Positions 57,426 to 64,000 of a stretch of DNA of 64,000 nt are shown in pieces (position 1 is the stretch's first letter; every line of letters starts with the position of its first letter). The stretch spans positions 160,001 through 224,000 of the forward strand of contig JAZJZK010000008.1 of NCBI GenBank assembly GCA_040389905.1. Reading direction: 5' to 3'. The translations under genes and the position numbers were made by a program. The notes below the pieces were generated by a model. It had not been told where the DNA came from, searched no databases, and was given only the letters and a program-made list of their open reading frames with translations. The stretch comes from Gemmatimonadota bacterium (GTDB lineage Bacteria; Gemmatimonadota; Gemmatimonadetes; Gemmatimonadales; Gemmatimonadaceae).

Positions 57426-60400
57426 ATGACCGGCCTCCTGGATTGGCTCGAATCAGTGTTTGGCCAGATCCCCCTCCCGCTGCTGGATGTGTGGGGGCGC
57501 TTCAGCTTCGCGATCGGTGTGGTTCTCGCCATTTGCGCGTTCGGCGGATTCACCTTCCGCGTTGGAGGCGCGTGGCGGCTCGGTCGCGAGCGGCAAGCGT
57601 GGGACGGACGCGCCGTTCTTGCGATGCCGCTCACCTTCCTCCTCATCGTCGGAAGCGGTTACATCGGATCGTTCATCGTGCTGGTGCCCGGCGCCCAGAC
57701 GTTCGAATCGCTCAAGGACCTGATCGTCCTCGTGTGCCTCCTGCTGTTCGGCTACCCCGCGCTCATCACCGTCCCATTTGCCTACGCGCTCGCCGATCTC
57801 GTCGAAGGTGTGCCGCCCGATTTCCTCCTCGCGTGGCTGCCGGGCTACTTCATCAATCCAGCGTGCTTCTGGATCGCGTACCAGCTCCTCGGGCGCGATC
57901 CCGACTTTCGACGGCCGCGCACCTGGGCGGGATACGCCGCTTTTGTCGCGCTCTTCATGTCGATCGAACCGGTGCTCTGGGGATACATCTGCTCAGGCAA
58001 GTTCACGCCGGAGTTCTCGTACCGCACCATTACGCCCGCGCTGCTGCTCACCACGAATATCACGTGGGTCATCGCGCCGTTTGCGATGCTCGGCGCCTTA
58101 CCGCTCGCGCGGCGCCTCCGCGCGTTCTGGGCCGAGATTCCACTACACGTGCGCGAGCGGGCATTCGGGACCGACGAGTGGAGTTGGATCGTTGGCCCGG
58201 ACAGCGTGCCATCGGCGGCCGACGACAAGTCGCGCGCGCTGCCCGTTCGCATGTACATCCTCGTGCCGTTTGTCACGCTGATGTTGGTGGTCGTCCTGGC
58301 GACGGCGTACGTGACACTCAAGAGCGGGGAGGACGACGCGACCAGGCTCGCCGTTCGCTTGCACGAGGAGATTGCGGCCAACATCGACCTGCAGCTCGAC
58401 GACTATCTCGACCGTCCGCCCACGAACACGCCGGTCGGCGAGGGCATCGGGACGCTGCTGCGAGCACTCAGTATCTCGCGAACGGGCCGCGCATTCATCG
58501 TCGATCGTACACGGCGCATCGTCGCGTCGTCCGCGCCGGCGGGGGACGCAGTCGTCGCCGGAACGATCGCCAGCCTCCCGCCGTCGCCACCGACCGTCGC
58601 CGTACCCACGTCGCAACGAGAATGGCGATTCGATCACGTTACGCCGCAGCCCTCCCGTGAAACGTGGTTGGCGCGCGCCGCGCCGTACGCGGGCCGTCAC
58701 GGTGAGCACGCCGACTGGGTCATCGTCACCGTGATGCCCGAGGCCTACTACCTCGCCGGCATTCGTGAGGGCAACAGCCACTCGGCAATCATCTCCGCGC
58801 TTGCGCTGCTCATGTCGGTCGCCGTGGCGGCGCTACTCGCGTCGATGGTGACCGCGCCGATTCGACGCATTGCACGCGCGGCAGGCGCTCTCTCGAGTGG
58901 CGACCTCTCCCAGCGCGCACCGCCGAGCCGATTCAATGAACTCGGCGCGCTCGCCGATTCATTCAACGAGATGGCGTCTCGCCTCACGGCGTCGTTCGAT
59001 GAGTTGCGTGTGAGTGCACTCGAGGTGAGCCGGCACCGCGACCACCTCGAGGAGCTCGTCAGGGAGCGAACGCACGAGCTGCGTGCCGCCAAGGATGTGG
59101 CCGACGAAGCCAGCCATGCAAAGAGTGTGTTCTTCGCCAACATGTCGCACGAGATCCGAACGCCAATGAACGCGGTGCTCGGATTCGCGCAGGTTCTGGA
59201 GCGGAGCACATCCCTCGGTGCGGCGGATCGCGCGCACGTCCAGATCATTCTCCGCAGCGGCGAGCACTTGCTCAGCCTGATCAACGATGTTCTCGACATG
59301 GCGAAGATCGAGGCGGGCCGTCTTACACTCCGCTCGTCGACCTTTGACCTGCACGCCCTGTTCGACGAAGTGCATCGCATGATCGGCTTGCGTGCGCGCC
59401 AGAAGGGGCTGCGCTTCGATGTCGAGCGTGCGTCCGCGGTGCCGCGCTATGTCACGCTGGACGAGGAAAAGCTGCGACGAATCCTCTTCAACCTCCTGGA
59501 CAACGCCGTCAAGTTCACGAGTGACGGCGCGGTGACGATGCGCATGGACGTGCTGTCGCGCGAGGGCGAAGCGCGTCTCATCGTCGAGGTCGAGGACACG
59601 GGGCCGGGCATCCGCTCGGAGGAGATCCCGCTCGTGTTCGAGGCCTTCGCGCAAACTGCGGTCGGCGCTGCGTCGCGCGAAGGGACGGGACTCGGCATGC
59701 CGCTGAGCCTGGAGTATGCGCGATTGATGGGCGGCGATCTCGTGGTCAGGAGCGAAGCCGGGCGCGGTTCCGTGTTTCGCCTCGACATTCCAGTGGCGTC
59801 GGCGGAGGCAGCGAGCGTGCACGCCAACACCGGCGCGCGACGCATCATCCGCATGGTCGGCCCCGAGCGTCTCCGCATCCTCGTGGCCGACGACAACCGC
59901 GACAATCGCATGCTGATCGCCACCTTGCTCGACGACGTGGGACTCGAATACCGGGAAGTCGCCAATGGCGCCGAGGCGCTCGCCCTATGGGAGACATGGC
60001 AGCCGCATGTCATCCTCATGGATCTCCGGATGCCGGAAATCGACGGCTACGAAGCGACTCGGCGCATTCGGTCCATGGACACGGGCCGCAGGACGAAGAT
60101 CATCGCCGTCACAGCGAGCGCGCTCGATCAGAAACCGGAGCGTGCACGCGACGCGGGTGTCGACGCGTTCGTCTGGAAGCCGTTCACAGCAGAGCAACTG
60201 TTCGAACAGATCGCCGCCATGACCGGTCACGCGCTCGAGTACGCGGACGACGTTCCCGCCCCCACCGGGGAGAACCTGACGCGCGATCGCGTAGCGACCG
60301 TCGATCCCGAGCTGCGGGCGCGCGCTCGCAGCGCCGTCGAGCGCGCGGACGCACGTGGGCTCGCCCATGCGATCGACGAGATGGAGGCTCGGGATCCCGA

Positions 60401-60467
60401 TCTCGCAGACGCGCTGCGCTCACTGGCCCACGGCTACGAATACGACAGACTCATGGAGCTTCTTTAG
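57426..60467 (+). CDS. Hybrid histidine kinase with large N-terminal integral-membrane sensor, Cache-like region, HAMP, HisKA, HATPase and REC
   Basis: Multi-TM N-terminus; HAMP (NELGALADSFNEM); ANMSHEIRTP, NAVKFT, GTGLG and LMDLRMP motifs. Confidence 0.92.
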   Translation: MTGLLDWLESVFGQIPLPLLDVWGRFSFAIGVVLAICAFGGFTFRVGGAWRLGRERQAWDGRAVLAMPLTFLLIVGSGYIGSFIVLVPGAQTFESLKDLIVLVCLLLFGYPALITVPFAYALADLVEGVPPDFLLAWLPGYFINPACFWIAYQLLGRDPDFRRPRTWAGYAAFVALFMSIEPVLWGYICSGKFTPEFSYRTITPALLLTTNITWVIAPFAMLGALPLARRLRAFWAEIPLHVRERAFGTDEWSWIVGPDSVPSAADDKSRALPVRMYILVPFVTLMLVVVLATAYVTLKSGEDDATRLAVRLHEEIAANIDLQLDDYLDRPPTNTPVGEGIGTLLRALSISRTGRAFIVDRTRRIVASSAPAGDAVVAGTIASLPPSPPTVAVPTSQREWRFDHVTPQPSRETWLARAAPYAGRHGEHADWVIVTVMPEAYYLAGIREGNSHSAIISALALLMSVAVAALLASMVTAPIRRIARAAGALSSGDLSQRAPPSRFNELGALADSFNEMASRLTASFDELRVSALEVSRHRDHLEELVRERTHELRAAKDVADEASHAKSVFFANMSHEIRTPMNAVLGFAQVLERSTSLGAADRAHVQIILRSGEHLLSLINDVLDMAKIEAGRLTLRSSTFDLHALFDEVHRMIGLRARQKGLRFDVERASAVPRYVTLDEEKLRRILFNLLDNAVKFTSDGAVTMRMDVLSREGEARLIVEVEDTGPGIRSEEIPLVFEAFAQTAVGAASREGTGLGMPLSLEYARLMGGDLVVRSEAGRGSVFRLDIPVASAEAASVHANTGARRIIRMVGPERLRILVADDNRDNRMLIATLLDDVGLEYREVANGAEALALWETWQPHVILMDLRMPEIDGYEATRRIRSMDTGRRTKIIAVTASALDQKPERARDAGVDAFVWKPFTAEQLFEQIAAMTGHALEYADDVPAPTGENLTRDRVATVDPELRARARSAVERADARGLAHAIDEMEARDPDLADALRSLAHGYEYDRLMELL

Positions 60468-60481
60468 GCTAGTGGCCACAA

Positions 60482-60629
60482 TGTCATCCCGAGCGAAGTC
60501 GAGGGATCTGCACGTTCAGTCTGGGGTTGAGGTGCAGACCCTCTCGACTCGCTTCGCTCGCTCGGGGTGACAACTCTGGAATTGGCAGCCTGCCTTGAGC
60601 GCAATCGAATGGGCTCGCTCGGGGTGACA
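60482..60629 (+). repeat. REP doublet, family B (60482-60572), plus a partial right-end copy (60613-60629)
   Basis: Same arms as 54157-54246 with a different central spacer; GCTCGCTCGGGGTGACAA repeated downstream. Confidence 0.9.
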
Positions 60630-60669
60630 ATCGTGAAATCGGCAGTTTCAGGTGGCCGCTTGGCTAAGG

Positions 60670-63318
60670 CTAGTGTCCGAGTTGCCCGTTCCCGCGCGAG
60701 TGCCGCAGAGCGTCCTGCACCACGGCGTCGAGTTCATCGCCCGTGAACGGCTTCTCGATGAACAGCTGGAGACCCGGAGTGCGGCCCTGTCGCTGGAGCG
60801 TGTCGGCGGTGTAGCCAGACGTGAGCACGACGGGAAGCGTCGGGCGCTCGACGAGAAGGCGCTCCATCAGCTCGTGTCCGCCCATCTCCGGCATGATCGT
60901 GTCGGTGATCACGACATCGACGTGCGCTTCCCGGAGGACGTCCAGCGCGGCCACGCCATTCTCTGCGTCGAGCACGGCGTAGCCGGAGCGCGCGAGCAAT
61001 CGGCGCGTCAATTGGCGTACGATCGGGTCGTCCTCGACCACGAGCACAATCGCCGACGCAATCCGGGGTTCAGCGACCGGTTCCGCTTCTGGCTCAACAA
61101 CGCGCGCGCCGCCTTCGAACTGCGGGAGATAGACCTTGAAGGTCGTCCCGTGCTCTGGCTCACTGTACACCCAGATGTTCCCCTCGAGTTGCTTCACGAT
61201 GCCGAACACCGTCGACAATCCGAGACCCGTACCGCGTCCCTCCGGCTTGGTAGTGAAGAACGGTTCGAAGATGCGTGACTGCGTCGCTGCGTCCATGCCC
61301 GCTCCCGTGTCCGTAATGGTGATGACGACGTATTGCCCAGGACGTGCCGCGTGCTGCTCGGCGTGCGTCCCCGTCAGCGAGACACGCGACGTCTCGATTG
61401 AGAGGCGGCCTCCGTCAGGCATCGCGTCACGCGCGTTGATGACGAGATTCATGACGACCTGCGACAACTGGCCGCGATCGGCGAGCACCGGGAGAAACTC
61501 GGCGTCGAGCCGAACGGCGAGCTCGATGTCCTCGCCGATGACGCGATTGAGCATCGAGCGGATGTCGCGCACGACGTCACTCACGTCGACGACGTGGCGC
61601 TCCATCACGCGGCCGCGGCTGAACGAAAGGAGTTGGCTCGTGAGATCGGCGGCTCGATCGGCTGCCTTCTCGATCTCGCCGATCATCGGCGTGAGCGCAG
61701 GGTCGTCGTCCACCGCCGCGAGCAGGAGCGAACTGTAGCCACGCACCACGGTCAGGATGTTGTTGAAATCATGTGCGACGCCACCGGCAAGCATGCCCAT
61801 GGCCTCCATCTTCTGTGTCTGACGCAGTCGTTCCTCCAGGAGTTTTTGTTCGGTGATGTCGAGCCACGCGCCGATGACCCACACGGTCTGTCCCGCGCTG
61901 CCACTCGCCAGGCGCTGTTCCTCGCGAAGCCAGCGATACCGCCCGTCTTTGTGCCGGAATCGATAATCCTTCGAGACGGCGCGATACGATGCCGGTGCAC
62001 GCTCCTCGTCGCTCCGATGATCGTCGTCCGGATGCACATGCGTCCGCCACCATTGCGGGGCGTGCACTTCGGCCAGGTCGTAGCCGAGCATGTCGGTGAC
62101 GTTGTGGCTGATCCAATCGAGCACGGGACCGTCTGGCGTGACCTGCAGCTCATATAGCACCGCACCGCTGGAGCCGATGACACGCTCGAGGCGCTCCTCG
62201 GCGTTGACCAGTTCGTGGATCTTCGCTTCGAGCGCGGTCCGCGTCGTTTCCACGCGGTCAGCCATGTCGTTGAACGCGACGCCAAGCGCACCGAGTTCGT
62301 CGCTGCGGCGCACCTCAACACGCTTGGACTCGTCGCCGGCATTCATGCCCTCCGCCGCGGTCACGAGTGAGGCGATCGGGCGCGTCAACGTGCCACTGAC
62401 GTGCCACGCACCCGCGCCAGCCAATACCAGCAGCACCAGGGTGAAGAGCGCGAGGCGCCAGAGCATCGTGCGCGCTGGGGCGAGAATGAGATCGAGCGGA
62501 TACTCCAGCGCGAGCGTCCACGGCGTGTTGCGAATCCCGACGGCCGATGCGAGCACGGGAGTTCCCGACGGCCGCTCGTACTGTACGACTCCCTTCTGCT
62601 CGCTGGTGCCAGGTGGAAGTGGTTCGACGACGACGCCCAGACTCGTCCAGCGGTCTCCGCGAGTGTTGCCGATGAGCAGGGTCGCGCCGGCGCCGACGAG
62701 GTTCCGCAAGGGAGCTGCGGTTTGCGCGGACGCGACCACGCGTCGTCGCTCGACGAGGTAGCCCCAGAGCGTCGCATCGGCGAACACCGGTGCGATGATC
62801 GAGAACCCGAGGTTGTTCGCCGGTCCGCCAATCCATCCGATCGCGGGAGTGGTGTGCCCCGAGAGGAGCGTGATCAGCGCGTGCGCGTCATCGCGTTCGA
62901 GTGCTGGGATTGAGCCATTGCTGGTCATGACGCGACGTCCGGTCGCATCCCACACCTCCACGCTGCCGAACGAGCTCTTCGCGATGGGCCGCGCGGCGAG
63001 TTGCGCGAGGGCATGGCGTAGCTGCGCCGTGTCGCCGTCAGCAAGGTGGCGCACGACGGCGGAGTCCTTCGACGCGGTGAGCTGTGCGTCCAGCAATTGC
63101 TTCGCGGAGGCCGCATAGCCATCAGCAAGCTGGTGGGACACATGTTCGGCGCGCTGACTTTCCGCGGCGATCGCCGAACGGCGCACCTCGCGATATGACG
63201 CGGCGGCGATCACCGAGACCACGATGAGTACGAGGACGATGGCTGACGCAGCCAGCCGCTCACGAATCGAAATCGACCTCCTCGCCTGTCGATCGTCGTG
63301 GATCGTGTCTCGAGTCAC
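60670..63318 (-). CDS. Cache/HAMP/PAS hybrid histidine kinase
   Basis: Two TM segments, HAMP (DELGALGVAFNDM), PAS (VHPDD), AHDFNN, FFTTK and TDTIMP motifs. Confidence 0.92.
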   Translation of the reverse strand: MTRDTIHDDRQARRSISIRERLAASAIVLVLIVVSVIAAASYREVRRSAIAAESQRAEHVSHQLADGYAASAKQLLDAQLTASKDSAVVRHLADGDTAQLRHALAQLAARPIAKSSFGSVEVWDATGRRVMTSNGSIPALERDDAHALITLLSGHTTPAIGWIGGPANNLGFSIIAPVFADATLWGYLVERRRVVASAQTAAPLRNLVGAGATLLIGNTRGDRWTSLGVVVEPLPPGTSEQKGVVQYERPSGTPVLASAVGIRNTPWTLALEYPLDLILAPARTMLWRLALFTLVLLVLAGAGAWHVSGTLTRPIASLVTAAEGMNAGDESKRVEVRRSDELGALGVAFNDMADRVETTRTALEAKIHELVNAEERLERVIGSSGAVLYELQVTPDGPVLDWISHNVTDMLGYDLAEVHAPQWWRTHVHPDDDHRSDEERAPASYRAVSKDYRFRHKDGRYRWLREEQRLASGSAGQTVWVIGAWLDITEQKLLEERLRQTQKMEAMGMLAGGVAHDFNNILTVVRGYSSLLLAAVDDDPALTPMIGEIEKAADRAADLTSQLLSFSRGRVMERHVVDVSDVVRDIRSMLNRVIGEDIELAVRLDAEFLPVLADRGQLSQVVMNLVINARDAMPDGGRLSIETSRVSLTGTHAEQHAARPGQYVVITITDTGAGMDAATQSRIFEPFFTTKPEGRGTGLGLSTVFGIVKQLEGNIWVYSEPEHGTTFKVYLPQFEGGARVVEPEAEPVAEPRIASAIVLVVEDDPIVRQLTRRLLARSGYAVLDAENGVAALDVLREAHVDVVITDTIMPEMGGHELMERLLVERPTLPVVLTSGYTADTLQRQGRTPGLQLFIEKPFTGDELDAVVQDALRHSRGNGQLGH

Positions 63319-63460
63319 CTGGTCCTCCCTGTGAACGTCTCAAACTCGATCTCGTGCTCGAGTTGAAACTCGGGGGTCGGCGCGCCGCGCCACAGTGGAC
63401 CTTGGTGTATTGAACTTTGGTACAATCCCCTCGGCGGTGGTGCGTCGCCGGGTCGTCAGG

Positions 63461-64000
63461 TCACGCCCGCAAGGCGGCGACGCGATCGGTGAACCTGACG
63501 AGGTCGGCCACGGAGCGCGCCGCCAGTTTTTGCATGACCCGCGCGCGATGCACCTTGACGGTCTGTTCGACGACGCCGAGCTGCATGGCGATCTCCTTGT
63601 TCAGCAGCCCGGCGGTCACGTGAAAGAGCACTTCCTGCTCGCGGCTGGTCAACGTGGCGAGGAGCGCTTCCAGGGCCTCGAGCTCTGCGCGTCGCTCGCG
63701 CTGTTCCATCGATCGCGTCAACGCGCTCTGAATGGCATCACGCAGCGCGTCCTTGTCGAATGGCTTCGTGAGGAACTCCACGGCGCCCGTCTTCATGGCG
63801 CGCACGCTCATCGGAATGCTCCCAGAGCCGGTCATGAAGATCGTCGGAACCTGCACGTTCCCCTTGTCCAATGCGGCAACCACATCGAAGCCGCTGTCGC
63901 CGCCGAGCATGACGTCGAGCACGAGACACGCCGGCCGGTCGGGACGCGAGAACTGGAGGAACGCGTCGGCCGAGGAGAACGACTGTGCCGCGAATCCCAA
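63461..64000 (-). CDS. FixJ/NodW-like response regulator (REC + LuxR HTH), 5' end outside the window
   Basis: CLVLDV, AMKTGAVEFLTKPF, LTSREQEV..GLLNKEIA and TVKVHRARVMQKL motifs. Confidence 0.92.
   Translation of the reverse strand: MGFAAQSFSSADAFLQFSRPDRPACLVLDVMLGGDSGFDVVAALDKGNVQVPTIFMTGSGSIPMSVRAMKTGAVEFLTKPFDKDALRDAIQSALTRSMEQRERRAELEALEALLATLTSREQEVLFHVTAGLLNKEIAMQLGVVEQTVKVHRARVMQKLAARSVADLVRFTDRVAALRA

Noticed and set aside
6206..60629. Repeats as a CRISPR array
   Set aside because: Copies are dispersed, in both orientations and without regular spacers; no cas genes

Overview
GC-rich bacterial chromosomal window, most likely Gemmatimonadota. This is inferred from gene content: a eukaryote-like Ser/Thr kinase with TPR-like helices, PadR plus an orphan MacB-like permease, carboxypeptidase-regulatory/TonB-plug proteins and Gly-rich VPS10/BNR proteins. 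There are about 42 CDS; I recognised no rRNA, tRNA, CRISPR array or transposase. Main modules: (i) a MalT-like STAND/BTAD activator; (ii) a TetR-MFS-RND efflux locus with an AcrR-like operator but no MFP or TolC; (iii) a six-gene, largely translationally coupled locus (TonB-dependent receptor, alpha/beta hydrolase, MFS, acyl-CoA ligase, SDR, PHB-depolymerase-type esterase) that reads like a 'polyester utilisation locus' and has a SARP/OmpR-type TGTAAC direct repeat upstream; (iv) a methyltransferase plus three glycosyltransferases; (v) a phage-free, single-chain triple tail-collar protein; (vi) an SBP-permease fusion ABC importer; (vii) GH106 + CE15; (viii) five hybrid histidine kinases, one split by a 1-nt frameshift. 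Intergenic DNA carries several families of REP-like palindromes (singlets, 90-nt doublets, 9-nt-periodic inverted repeats, a 142-nt hairpin) that nest inside one another. All functional calls come from motif recognition by eye; no database searches were run.
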